A stretch of DNA of 64,000 nt from an uncultured Lachnospiraceae bacterium (GCA_946566685.1 CAMNXA010000006.1:14699-78698); one strand, 5' to 3'; positions 28,210 to 38,231 are shown, counted from the stretch's first letter. Program-made: numbers and translations. Notes: a model not told the origin generated them from the letters alone.

Positions 28210-28899
28210 CTACCTGGCATCAGCCTTACGAAGCCTTGCCTCTATCCTGCCAAGCAGCAAGGTCAGTATCTTGATAAGTACATAATAGATAACCGCAGTG
28301 CCGATCAACGGCATGAAAGCAATAAAGGTCGCACTCTTGATAAAGTCACCCGCTTTCTGGATATCCATAAGTCCCACATAACCAACAATCGCTGTCTCCT
28401 TAATCAGCACGATAAATTCATTGCAAAGAGCCGGGAAAATATTTTTCACCGCCTGGGGAATGACAATCCTGCTCATGGTCTGAAAAGCGCTCAGGCCAAG
28501 GGATCTGCCCGCCTCCGTCTGTCCTTTGTCAATGGAAAGGATACCCGCCCGGATAATCTCGGACACGTAGGCGCCGGAGTTAATGCCAAAAGCGATCGCG
28601 GCAATGATCCATTTATCCAGCTGCACCGAGGCAAAAATAACAAAGTAGATGATCATCAGCTGTGTCACCGAAGGTGTTCCCCGAATCACATCCGTATAGA
28701 CACCGCCGACAAACCGCAGAATCTTTTTCCTGGACAGATTGCACATGGCAATCAGCATACCGATCATGATACCGATGATGACCGCCAGAAGGGATACTTT
28801 GATGGTCACGCCGATACCGCTTAAGAGCAGCTTGTACCGGTCCTCTCGAATGAAACATTTATAAAAAAGGTCACTGAAATTTGCCGCCCACTCCGCCAT
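28210..28899 (-). CDS. amino acid ABC transporter permease
   Basis: The EAA loop is TEAGRSLGLSAFQTMSRIVIPQAVKNIFPALCNE. It is the first gene of the permease-ATPase-SBP operon. Confidence 0.92.
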   Translation of the reverse strand: MAEWAANFSDLFYKCFIREDRYKLLLSGIGVTIKVSLLAVIIGIMIGMLIAMCNLSRKKILRFVGGVYTDVIRGTPSVTQLMIIYFVIFASVQLDKWIIAAIAFGINSGAYVSEIIRAGILSIDKGQTEAGRSLGLSAFQTMSRIVIPQAVKNIFPALCNEFIVLIKETAIVGYVGLMDIQKAGDFIKSATFIAFMPLIGTAVIYYVLIKILTLLLGRIEARLRKADAR

Positions 28900-29307
28900 T
28901 TGTTCTTCATCCTTTCGCCGCCGGCCTGCCGCTTCACATACTGCCGGTTTTATCTATGAAAATCTGATAAGCTTTCTAATTCTGAATCGCATTATATCAC
29001 AACGTTCCCCCAATGAAAAGCATAAATATACTTAAATAATGTGTAAAAACACAAAAAATATAGGCCAATTTCTCTAATTCCAAGCCAAATGTCCCTTTAC
29101 AAAGCAAACATTTATCCTTTTTATTTGCAGTGTGCCTTATAATAATGTATAAAAATACGTTATCAATTATAAATTAGGCATTCCCAAACTAGCTTTTTAT
29201 CGAAGCCTATGTTATACTCAAACTGTTTCTATGCCGATGCAATGGTAATATTAATTTCATGCCGGATAGAAATCCATTTAACAAAGACAAAGCGAGAATA
29301 CAAGACT

Positions 29308-31116
29308 ATGACAAAGGATATAACAACTCAAAAGACAATCAGAAATAAAGATAACATTAAGGAACTGCAAAGGACACATGAATTGATCTATGAGCAGGCT
29401 GCCATCTTAAGCCGCTCCGAAGATATTCCTACGGCAATCCAGGGGATGCTCGCCGCCATCGGCAGCTTCGTGGACGCAGAACGCGCCTACATTTTTGAGG
29501 ATAAGGGAACCCACTATGCCAACACTTTCGAATGGTGCGCTCCTGACATAAATCCTGAAAAAAACAACCTGCAAGAAGTGAGTCTGCAAACCGTATCAGC
29601 CTGGACAGACGTCCTGATCCACGGAGATTGTATCATCATTTCCGAGGTGGAATCCATCAGAGAGTCTCATCCGGCAATCTATGAAATTTTAAAACCGCAG
29701 AATATTTCCAATGTTGTGGAGGCGCCCATCATGGTGGACAATCATCTGCTCGGTTTTCTTGGCGTAGACAACTCACCGGTCAAGACTTCTCAGAGAGTCG
29801 CCGAAACGCTCCAGATCCTCGGGACTTTTATTGCCATTACCCTCAAAAATCAGGAAGGCCGGCTGGAGTCATTGGAGCAGGCCAACACAGCCCTCTCTGA
29901 GAGCAATGCCGCACTGCGTGTGGCTTATGAGAGCGCCAACCAGGCCAATGCCGCCAAAACAAATTTCCTCTCCAAAATGTCCCACGATATCCGCACGCCC
30001 ATGAATGGTATTATGGGCATGACCACCATCGCCATTGCACATATTGACGATAAGGAACGTGTACTGGACTGTCTGGGGAAGATTTCTTCCTCCAGCCGCC
30101 ATCTGCTCGCACTGATCAATGATGTGCTGGATATGAGTCAGATTGAGAGCGGCAAGACAACGCTTGCCAAAGAGGAATTTAACCTCTCCAATCTGATCGA
30201 GACCTCCCTTGACATGATAAAACCCCAGATTGCGGAGCGCAATCATCATCTGAATATCCGCTCCATGAATATCACGCACGCGCATGTGATCGGTGACAGT
30301 CTCAGGATCCGGCAGGTATTCTTGAATATCCTGGGTAATGCAGTGAAATATACCCCTGACGGCGGTATCCTAAGTATCTCTATCTCTGAAAAAACTTCTG
30401 CGAAAAAGGGATACGGCTGTTATGAATTTATTTTTGAAGATAATGGTATCGGCATGTCAGAAGAATTTCTGTCAAGGATCTTCCAGCCTTTTGAGCGGGA
30501 AAAAGATGAACATGCCACCAATGTACAGGGAACCGGACTGGGTATGGCCATCACCAAAAACATCATAGAAATGATGCATGGAGATATCAAGGTGGAGAGT
30601 AATCCGGGAGAGGGTACCCGTTTTATCATTACGATTTTCCTGGAATTGCAGGATCTGAACAACATACCGACCCCTATCGGGGAAGGATCTTTTGCCAGAC
30701 CGAAGGATCAGCTTGCCGATCTTGCCAAGGCCGACTATTCGGACAAGCGTGTCCTGATCGTGGATGACAATGAATTAAACCTGGAGATTGCCTCAGAAAT
30801 TCTTGGTATAAGCGGTATCCAGATTGAGACAGCTGAAAACGGCAAACTTGCCGTTGATATGGTAGCGGATCACCCGGACGGATATTATGACATCATCTTC
30901 ATGGATATCCGGATGCCGGTTATGAACGGCTACGAGGCTGCCAGCGCCATCCGCGCCCTGGATCGAGGCTACACAAGGCATCTTCCGATCATCGGCCTGT
31001 CCGCCAACGCCTTTGCCGAAGATGTAGCCATGTCCAGAAACGCAGGAATGAATGCACATATTTCCAAGCCGCTGGATATCGACCAGCTTGCCAAAACACT
31101 GGAAAACTGGATTTAA
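29308..31116 (+). CDS. hybrid sensor histidine kinase / response regulator with an N-terminal GAF-like domain
   Basis: The H-box is SHDIRTPMNGIMG and the G-boxes are EDNGIGM and GTGLGMAI. The C-terminal receiver is VLIVDDNELNLEIA...IIFMDIRMPVMNG. The start is uncertain (ATG 29308 or an upstream ATG). Confidence 0.88.
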   Translation: MTKDITTQKTIRNKDNIKELQRTHELIYEQAAILSRSEDIPTAIQGMLAAIGSFVDAERAYIFEDKGTHYANTFEWCAPDINPEKNNLQEVSLQTVSAWTDVLIHGDCIIISEVESIRESHPAIYEILKPQNISNVVEAPIMVDNHLLGFLGVDNSPVKTSQRVAETLQILGTFIAITLKNQEGRLESLEQANTALSESNAALRVAYESANQANAAKTNFLSKMSHDIRTPMNGIMGMTTIAIAHIDDKERVLDCLGKISSSSRHLLALINDVLDMSQIESGKTTLAKEEFNLSNLIETSLDMIKPQIAERNHHLNIRSMNITHAHVIGDSLRIRQVFLNILGNAVKYTPDGGILSISISEKTSAKKGYGCYEFIFEDNGIGMSEEFLSRIFQPFEREKDEHATNVQGTGLGMAITKNIIEMMHGDIKVESNPGEGTRFIITIFLELQDLNNIPTPIGEGSFARPKDQLADLAKADYSDKRVLIVDDNELNLEIASEILGISGIQIETAENGKLAVDMVADHPDGYYDIIFMDIRMPVMNGYEAASAIRALDRGYTRHLPIIGLSANAFAEDVAMSRNAGMNAHISKPLDIDQLAKTLENWI

Positions 31117-31133
31117 CACCATATGAAAGGTCT

Positions 31134-32021
31134 TTACCGGATACACATGGCAAAATAATCCCCCTTTTCCGTTCGGAACAAAAGACTGTAGGGCGGATAT
31201 TGCTTTTCAAACTCAAATGCCCTGGCCACCTGTTCAAAGGTCAGGGTATTGATTTTTTCCAGCTTATCCCCGTCTCCCACAGCAAAATGTGTTTCCATAC
31301 ATCCCATGAATTTATTGGAGATGAGTTTCATTGCCTCCACAATGGTCTTATCTATTCTGTTGACCTGTTTGCCTAAAAGTCCGCTGATCAGCTTATAAAC
31401 CATCTGCTCTTCATAAATGAGGACCACCTGCCTGTTGTGCCCGTCCTGCCTATGATAATTTAACCGATAGCAAAGGGCCTTTCCGGAAGCAAAATCCTCG
31501 CCGCTGTAATTATCGCTGACAAGTTCCGCTTCCAGCCGGAACAGATCATGAAAGGTCTGGATCACCGCCTTTTCCAGAGAAACCAATTCATCTTCCGTTG
31601 CTTTATGTACCCATTTATGTGAAGTTTTGCCCGTGATGGCATAGTCTTCGATCATGATGTGTGCATTCAGCCAGCCCACACAGATACCCAGAAAATGCTG
31701 AATCGACTCCGCAGAATAATCCTGTGATTCCATCTCCTGTTCCAGGGCGGGAAGCGTATGATTCTGCATATTGTCATGCAGGCTCTTATGAATCTCATAA
31801 TCCGGGTAGCCAATCTTTCTCATATAGGCTTCTTCTTCCGCAAAATGCTTCCTGGTGTAACTTTTGAAATACTTAATGCCCTCCTGGCAGGCATGTTTTT
31901 GTTTCTCTGCGTCTTCCGTCAGGCTCAGCAGCTTCCCCACAATGGAGAATAGTTTCCTGTGCGCATGGTCTACAATCTCCACACCGATATTAAAGCGGTC
32001 ATTCCATTTTACTTCACTCAT
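31134..32021 (-). CDS. hemerythrin-like metal-binding domain protein with an extra C-terminal domain of about 150 aa
   Basis: The N-terminus WNDRFNIGVEIVDHAHRKLFSIV...HFAEEEAYM...HKSLHD fits the bacteriohemerythrin His/Glu ligand pattern. The C-terminal half is unassigned. Confidence 0.75.
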   Translation of the reverse strand: MSEVKWNDRFNIGVEIVDHAHRKLFSIVGKLLSLTEDAEKQKHACQEGIKYFKSYTRKHFAEEEAYMRKIGYPDYEIHKSLHDNMQNHTLPALEQEMESQDYSAESIQHFLGICVGWLNAHIMIEDYAITGKTSHKWVHKATEDELVSLEKAVIQTFHDLFRLEAELVSDNYSGEDFASGKALCYRLNYHRQDGHNRQVVLIYEEQMVYKLISGLLGKQVNRIDKTIVEAMKLISNKFMGCMETHFAVGDGDKLEKINTLTFEQVARAFEFEKQYPPYSLLFRTEKGDYFAMCIR

Positions 32022-32302
32022 AGTATCTCTGCTTCCTTTGCATTATTGTATTGGTATTCCCATCTCCTCTATTTTACCATATCCTTTCCCGGGATTCCAG
32101 AATAAGAACCAGAACCGCTCTGGCATAAAAAACCACGGTAATAATGCGCAATCATGCGTAAAAGACGACATTGCATTAATATCCTATTTGAAGTATGATA
32201 GAAGAAGTGATTCTTTAGGAAAAAGCGACAGGAATTTTTATAAAGTTTCACGGAGTCCTCTTTGCGGCTTCTCAAATATAAAAAGAAAAGACAGGGTACT
32301 TT

Positions 32303-34231
32303 ATGCAGAAAACCTTTATCAAATATACATTTATCATTGTAACCACGGCTATTTCTCTGATACTGCTCATCAATTTTGTCTGTAGTCTGAAAACCCTGGA
32401 AAACCGACAGTATGATACTTTCTATACGAAGACGGAGCAGATGATCCATACATTGGAAAACAACCGGGAGGAACTGCGCCTTTTGCGGGAAGGGCTGGAT
32501 GAAGATTATCTGACCAGGGCCAGGGCCGCCGCTTATGTTCTGGATAATCTGGAAGAGGTATCCATGGATGTCTCCGAAATGCAGTATCTGGCAAACCTTC
32601 TCAATGTGGATGAAATCCACATTATTGATGGGAACGGCTTTATTGTCGCGGGTTCTGTTTCCAGGTATATCGGGATGGATATGCACGATCATCCTCAGAC
32701 AAACGCCTTTATCCCCCTGCTGGAGAGCGATGACGAGGACGCCTATTTCATTCAGGATGCTCAGCCCAATGCGGCGGAAGGAAAGATCATGCAATATATC
32801 GGCGTTGCCAGAAAGACACAGAAAGGATTTATTCAGGTGGGCTTAACCCCCACAAGACAGCTTGAAGCGCAGTCAAGAAACACCTACAAATATATTTTTT
32901 CCAAGTTTCCTACCGACAAAGGTGAGGAACTGTATGTGGTTGATACCCGCAGCGGGGAAATGCTGGGACACTCCGATGGTGTCAATCAGGACTTCAGTGC
33001 GGAATGTTACCAGTTGGAACAACTGTTGGACTGCTCTCAGGGTGCTTATAAGGCAGGCCCTGACAACCACCGGATGTATGTGGTAAGCAGGCAGTATGAC
33101 AACGTATTGTTGTGCGCTGCCCTGCCTCAAAATATCCTCATGCACAGCTTATGGCTCGGTATGTTCGCAACCCTCGTATGCCTGCTTTGTATCGAGGCTG
33201 CTGTCATCCTTCTTCTGACGTATCTTGTGAAACAGAAAGTGATCAATGGTATACACCGGATCAACGAAAATCTTACCATGATCACGAATGGCAATCTGGA
33301 TATCCAGGTTGCGGTAGGCGGCAATCGTGAATTTGAAGAATTGAGTACCGGCATCAATAAAATGGTCAAAAGTATCATCAGCCTTTCAGACCGCATATCC
33401 GCCATCATCGAGATCAGCGGCATCCCGTTAGCTGCATTTGAATACGGACAGGACGGCAGAAATCTTTTTGTCACCTCCGGCCTCAGCGGACTGCTGGATC
33501 TGTCTGACCAGGAAGCCGCGCAGATCTATCAGGATTATGCAACATTTGATAAGTATATCCGTACCCTCACGCAGACGCCTGTGGAGGGGGAGACTGACAT
33601 CTACCAGATTAATGAAGCCAAATATATCCGCATACACATGTCTGAATCTGAAGATGGACGGCTTGGCGTCATATCGGATGCCACGAAAGATATGCTCCAG
33701 AAAAAGCGGATGCAGTACGAAAATACCCATGACCCGCTGACCAGACTGTATAAATATAACCCCTTCAAGCACCTGGCTGCCAAAAACCTGCATGCCATGC
33801 CATCCGGCCAAATATGTGCCCTGGTAATGCTCGATCTGGATTTCTTCAAGACCATCAACGACACTTTCGGACACGATGCCGGAGATCTGTACCTGCAAGA
33901 ATTTGCTGAAATCATGCTGAAAATGCCTAAAGAACATTGTCAGTCCGCAAGGCGTTCCGGCGATGAATTCTGTATGATGATCCATGGCTGTACCGCTGTA
34001 AAGGAGATTACGGACTTGCTGGATGTGTTCTACCAAATGCTCTCCCAGCATGAGGTTGCCGTGTCATCTGACCAGGTCAAGACCATATCTGTCTCCGCCG
34101 GCTATGCGTGGACAGATACGCCGGATATCAGCATCGAAGATCTGCTCGCCCACGCGGACGAAGCCCTCTATAAGGTAAAGCGTACCATGAAGGGACGTTA
34201 TGCCGAATATGAGGACAAAACGGTTGAATGA
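32303..34231 (+). CDS. membrane diguanylate cyclase (periplasmic sensor, HAMP, GGDEF domain with SGDEF variant)
   Basis: The GGDEF-domain pattern is LVMLDLDFFKTINDTFGHDAGDLYL...RRSGDEFCMM. There are two TM segments and a HAMP-like linker. Confidence 0.85.
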   Translation: MQKTFIKYTFIIVTTAISLILLINFVCSLKTLENRQYDTFYTKTEQMIHTLENNREELRLLREGLDEDYLTRARAAAYVLDNLEEVSMDVSEMQYLANLLNVDEIHIIDGNGFIVAGSVSRYIGMDMHDHPQTNAFIPLLESDDEDAYFIQDAQPNAAEGKIMQYIGVARKTQKGFIQVGLTPTRQLEAQSRNTYKYIFSKFPTDKGEELYVVDTRSGEMLGHSDGVNQDFSAECYQLEQLLDCSQGAYKAGPDNHRMYVVSRQYDNVLLCAALPQNILMHSLWLGMFATLVCLLCIEAAVILLLTYLVKQKVINGIHRINENLTMITNGNLDIQVAVGGNREFEELSTGINKMVKSIISLSDRISAIIEISGIPLAAFEYGQDGRNLFVTSGLSGLLDLSDQEAAQIYQDYATFDKYIRTLTQTPVEGETDIYQINEAKYIRIHMSESEDGRLGVISDATKDMLQKKRMQYENTHDPLTRLYKYNPFKHLAAKNLHAMPSGQICALVMLDLDFFKTINDTFGHDAGDLYLQEFAEIMLKMPKEHCQSARRSGDEFCMMIHGCTAVKEITDLLDVFYQMLSQHEVAVSSDQVKTISVSAGYAWTDTPDISIEDLLAHADEALYKVKRTMKGRYAEYEDKTVE

Positions 34232-34247
34232 TTATTGCCATGAAAAC

Positions 34248-34291
34248 TCTCAGGCAGACCATGGATAACTGAGTCTGCCTGAGAATTTTTA
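34248..34291 (+). terminator. rho-independent terminator of the GGDEF gene (probably bidirectional)
   Basis: TCTCAGGCAGAC-13 nt-GTCTGCCTGAGA (a 12-bp stem) is followed by ATTTTTA. Confidence 0.7.
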
Positions 34292-34921
34292 TGCCATTTT
34301 CACCGGATGTCTGACAACGGTCTTTAACTTAGCAGGCGCCACTCTCCTCACATCGCTTAAGTAAATTTCATGATGAAGTCTTTGATCCGTTATATCCAGT
34401 ACGTATCCCTGCGCAGTCATATACTCATGCATTGCCTGTACCGTAGCAGGTTCATCGTCATAAGGCCCGATGTGCATACACTGTACACACAGTCCTTCTT
34501 CATAAGTGAAAAATTCCACCCTGGAGAAATCTGTCTTTTTCTTCCTCACCGCCTCCTCGATGGCCCAGTCAAAATCCTTTCTGGTAACAAAATCCGGAAG
34601 CCGAATTACGGAGATAAACTGAAAATCCTCTTTGTGCGCATAATCTATTCCCTGCACCCCATCCTGCCACCAGAATCCCTCCAACGGCGGCACCACATAG
34701 TCAAAGTATCCCTCGATGCGATGATCCCCCATTTTGCTCATCTTGATGGTAAAGGCAATCCCATAAAGCAGGCCGATCGACTCCTTATACTCACCGCCCT
34801 CCACATTCGGATCCCCCTTACCGCGGACCGCGATAAAGTTCATGGACGGCACCTCGATGATACCGGGTCTGTTTTTTGGCATATAAAACTCTTTGTATTC
34901 TTTCTTGTAATCAAATGCCAT
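34289..34921 (-). CDS. GyrI-like small-molecule-binding domain protein
   Basis: MAFDYKKEYKEFYMPKNRPGIIEVPSMNFIAVRGKGDPN... is a very typical N-terminus of this family. Confidence 0.8.
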   Translation of the reverse strand: MAFDYKKEYKEFYMPKNRPGIIEVPSMNFIAVRGKGDPNVEGGEYKESIGLLYGIAFTIKMSKMGDHRIEGYFDYVVPPLEGFWWQDGVQGIDYAHKEDFQFISVIRLPDFVTRKDFDWAIEEAVRKKKTDFSRVEFFTYEEGLCVQCMHIGPYDDEPATVQAMHEYMTAQGYVLDITDQRLHHEIYLSDVRRVAPAKLKTVVRHPVKMA

Positions 34922-35279
34922 GATTTAAAACCTCCTGCTGCTTTTTCTTACTGAGTCCGCCCAACACCAGTTGATAGGACTTGTCCAGCAAATCTTTTAA
35001 GAGATCGTCCGGTACTGCTCCGTCCGGTTTGACAGAGTTCCAGTGCTCCTTATTCATATAATAACCGGGCACGATATCCTCGTACTGCTGCCGCAGGAAG
35101 TCTCCCTCCGCCGGTTCCAGTTTCAGCGTAATATAATACGGCTCATTATCCTCTCCCAGGCAGACCGCCGCAAACATCTTCCCGCCGATCTGATAGCGGA
35201 TCCAGTTCCACTCTTCCTTCAAATCTTTGGTGACGCCCGGTTTTTGTAATAAAAATTCGTCAATCCATGTGTATCTCAT
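34911..35279 (-). CDS. MmcQ/YjbR-family DNA-binding protein
   Basis: Size and pattern fit (...WNWIRYQIGGKMFAAV...YYITLKL...Y.NKEHWNSV). There is an 11-nt overlap with the downstream gene. Confidence 0.75.
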   Translation of the reverse strand: MRYTWIDEFLLQKPGVTKDLKEEWNWIRYQIGGKMFAAVCLGEDNEPYYITLKLEPAEGDFLRQQYEDIVPGYYMNKEHWNSVKPDGAVPDDLLKDLLDKSYQLVLGGLSKKKQQEVLNHGI

Positions 35280-35297
35280 CTGAACTCCTCCTACTTT

Positions 35298-36254
35298 TCA
35301 TAGGTTAATCCGTTGATAAACTTTCTCATGCGCAGCCAAGCTTGTATTATCCATATACTTCTCAGCAATGCGCAGGGCGCTGTCCCTGATCCTATTCCTT
35401 AAATACTCCGGCTCCAGAAGCTCTACTTTATCCCGAAAAGTAAGAAGCCAGGTGAGCAGTTCCTCCCTGTTTGTATAATCCGCCTGAAACAGAAGTTTGC
35501 CCTCCGCCGTTTCCTGAAAACAGCCTGTCCCGAATTCCTCCACCAGCCGCCATTTACATGCCGGTTCAAAGAGCGCTTTTACCCGAATCCCGCCCGGAAA
35601 AATCTTCTCATTATCCAGATCCGGCATGGGCACCTGTCTCTTGATAAATTTCAGTTCTGTAATGCGGACTTTATCCATGCGGTTTAATTTAAACAGACGA
35701 AATGCCTCCTTTGTCCTGCAAAAGCCCCACACATACCAGTTCGACCAGCGAAATATCAGATAATATGGTTCTATACAGCGAAGCGACTCTCCGCTGGGTG
35801 AATAATAAAAAAACTCCAACTCCCTGCACTTTTCAATCGCCGTGCGTACCAGTTCAATCTTCGGGGCAAGGGATTCTTTATACCAGGAAGACAGATCGAT
35901 GAGCACGGACTGGTCGCCCATCATGAAATCGGAATAGCCTGCGGAAAGCTTCTCCATCAGTTTTCCATAGCGGTTCGTGCCATTTACACTGTCAAGGCTT
36001 CTGAGCCCTGCAAGGATATCCATCATTTCCGCATTGGTGAACAGCGTCCTGTCCACTCGGTAACCTTCCATGATCGAAATACCGCCGCCTGCTCCCTGCC
36101 TGGTCATGATAGGAATCCCCGCCCTGCACAAATCTTCAATATCCCGGTTGATCGTCCGTCTGGAAACCTCGAACTGTTCCGCCAGATAAGGCGCCGTAAC
36201 CGTATCCATCTGCAACAAGATGGACAGGATGCCAAGCTGTCTGTCGATTTTCAT
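35298..36254 (-). CDS. YafY-family (HTH + WYL domain) transcriptional regulator
   Basis: The HTH is LAEQFEVSRRTINRDIEDLCRAGIPI. The WYL region is YYLIFRWSNWYVWGFC. Confidence 0.85.
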   Translation of the reverse strand: MKIDRQLGILSILLQMDTVTAPYLAEQFEVSRRTINRDIEDLCRAGIPIMTRQGAGGGISIMEGYRVDRTLFTNAEMMDILAGLRSLDSVNGTNRYGKLMEKLSAGYSDFMMGDQSVLIDLSSWYKESLAPKIELVRTAIEKCRELEFFYYSPSGESLRCIEPYYLIFRWSNWYVWGFCRTKEAFRLFKLNRMDKVRITELKFIKRQVPMPDLDNEKIFPGGIRVKALFEPACKWRLVEEFGTGCFQETAEGKLLFQADYTNREELLTWLLTFRDKVELLEPEYLRNRIRDSALRIAEKYMDNTSLAAHEKVYQRINL

Positions 36255-36296
36255 TTGTTCCCTTTCTTACATATCATATTCATATTATACACGCCT

Positions 36297-36322
36297 AAAC
36301 AGGACATCTGTATGTCATGTTT
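36297..36322. promoter_or_regulatory. candidate operator (imperfect inverted repeat) upstream of the WYL regulator gene
   Basis: AAACAGGACAT-ctgt-ATGTCATGTTT has 11-bp arms with 1 mismatch. It lies 43-68 nt upstream of the ATG at 36254. Confidence 0.3.
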
Positions 36323-36514
36323 GGGTGATAAATTAATTGAAACAATATATCTCTCTAAAAATCCGCAATTTTATCCAAGTCTGTTTTCACGCTTTCTCTT
36401 ATAATGACAACATATAGTTTCGGACAGCCCTCAGACAATACACAGCCTGCATAGTATCTGTATATCTGTCTGTACATACCTCTGTCCGCCCAAGACAATA
36501 AGGAGGAAAGTACA

Positions 36515-36970
36515 ATGTCTCAACAAAATTCAGAAAAGACCAATCAGGAAAAAGGAAACATTATGAATCAAACTGCTTTGCGGTCACTGTTTGAAAGCTT
36601 CGACAGCGGTTCCCTCAAACTGCCATCAGGAAACACTGCATTCTCCGACCTTCCCTGGTCGAAACATCCCGCCTTTGAGGGCGTGGAACTCAAACATATC
36701 GTCACCGCCAAAGATACGCAGGGGCAGTTCAGCTATCATCTGGTGCGCATTGCGCCGGGTAAAAGCATTAAGACCCACATCCATGAGACCCAGCTGGAAA
36801 CCCATGAAGTCATTGCTGGCTCCGGTGTCTGTATCAATGAAGATACTGAAATCATCTATGAACCCGGAACGATTTCCATCCTGCCTGCCGGTATCCCTCA
36901 CGAAGTAAATGCGGGAAAGAAAGGATTGTATCTGTTTGCAAAATTTATCCCGGCATTGGAAAACTCTTAA
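36515..36970 (+). CDS. cupin domain protein
   Basis: The cupin motifs are ...HIHETQLETHEVIAGSG... and ...PAGIPHEV. AGGAGG precedes the ATG. Confidence 0.8.
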   Translation: MSQQNSEKTNQEKGNIMNQTALRSLFESFDSGSLKLPSGNTAFSDLPWSKHPAFEGVELKHIVTAKDTQGQFSYHLVRIAPGKSIKTHIHETQLETHEVIAGSGVCINEDTEIIYEPGTISILPAGIPHEVNAGKKGLYLFAKFIPALENS

Positions 36971-37577
36971 CCACTTTCTTATATTCCCCTGGCGTTAATC
37001 TGACAATCTTATGAAAACACCGGTCGAAGTGGCTCTGGTCGCAAAACCCTGCGGCGTAAGCCGCTTCGACTACACTTCGCCCTTCTTCCAGTAGTTTCTG
37101 CGCTTTCCTGACCCTGCACTGTATCTGAAACTGGTGCGGCGTCAGGCCGCAGGCATTTTTGAACTTCCTGATCATATGATAGGGGCTTAGTGCAATGCTT
37201 CCGGCCATGTCTTTTATGGACAATGGCAGCTGCGGTGTATTGGCAATCAGTTGCTTTAAACGCATGGCATCGGTATTTTCCTGCCCCTTTTCAGATAATA
37301 TGACCGGAACCGGTATACACATGGTTATGATTGAATAGGCCTTATCCTCCGCCGGCTCTAAGGCGTGAGGTATGTCCTGCCCTATATAAAACCATTCCCC
37401 TGCATCATAGATTCTTTTCTGTCCGCCGCAGATGACACAGACACTTCCCTCCTGAATGAATCCCACCACCACATGCTCCGCATGGGTATGCACCGGATAG
37501 GATTTGTGAAAATTCTCACAATGAATATAGGTTATCTCCTTTTTGCCTCGATAATATATAATCCTTTCATGCATCAT
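36945..37577 (-). CDS. AraC-family transcriptional regulator (cupin + HTH)
   Basis: It has ...YPVHTHAEHVVVGFIQEG... and the C-terminus IKDMAGSIALSPYHMIRKFKNACGLTPHQFQIQCRVRKAQKLL. Its 3' end overlaps the cupin gene by 26 nt. Confidence 0.85.
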   Translation of the reverse strand: MMHERIIYYRGKKEITYIHCENFHKSYPVHTHAEHVVVGFIQEGSVCVICGGQKRIYDAGEWFYIGQDIPHALEPAEDKAYSIITMCIPVPVILSEKGQENTDAMRLKQLIANTPQLPLSIKDMAGSIALSPYHMIRKFKNACGLTPHQFQIQCRVRKAQKLLEEGRSVVEAAYAAGFCDQSHFDRCFHKIVRLTPGEYKKVVKSFPMPG

Positions 37578-37785
37578 TTTCTCCCAGCCCTTCAACATTC
37601 TTGCAAAATATGGTCTGCTAAAATTCGGTCCTTTTTTCTTTCCCATTATGTAAGGTTTCTAGTCATGATAGTATTATTTTCTATCACTTTGGAAAGTTTT
37701 GCAACAGGGTTTGCCAAAATATTTTTCAACCAAATGAACTGGCCCAACGGCTCTCTTCTTTACCTGGGCCGCCCAAACTCATAGT

Positions 37786-38157
37786 TTGAAAAATCATCAT
37801 ATTTATAGTGGTAATTTCGTTTTGAATGTGATAGACTTATCTCAGATAGATTTGGCAACGGAAGAGGATAAAAAATACCACATTGATAAATGGGCTAAAT
37901 TCTTTAAAGCCAACACCTGGGAGGAGGTCAGAAAAATGGCAGAACAGAACGAACATTTACAGGAAGCAGCCAGAAGCATCTTCCATTTCAGTGCAGATGA
38001 CCAGATTCGAAAGATGTGCCGCGATCGAATAGAATATCATCAGGATCTTCGCAATTATGAGCGGTTCATTGCAAAGCAGGAGGATATTATCGCAGATTTA
38101 CGTTCTCAGGTTCAGACATTAACCGCCGAAATTAATGAACTAAAATCCAATTTATAA
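37786..38157 (+). pseudogene. C-terminal remnant of an Rpn/PD-(D/E)XK-type recombination-promoting nuclease (putative transposase family)
   Basis: ...FVLNVIDLSQIDLATEEDKKYHIDKWAKFFKANTWEEVRKMAE... matches only the C-terminal third of this family. There is no nuclease core upstream, the ORF has a non-ATG start, and the patch is AT-rich. Confidence 0.55.
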
Positions 38158-38164
38158 TTACATG

Positions 38165-38203
38165 TAAATCAAAAGAGCCGTTTACTGAATCCTGCGGCTC
38201 TTT
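38165..38203 (-). terminator. terminator closing the long minus-strand array
   Basis: The minus strand reads AAAGAGCCG-14 nt-CGGCTCTTT followed by TGATTT, 29 nt after the stop at 38232. Confidence 0.55.
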
Positions 38204-38231
38204 CCTATATGCCTGTTTTACTTCTAACCTG

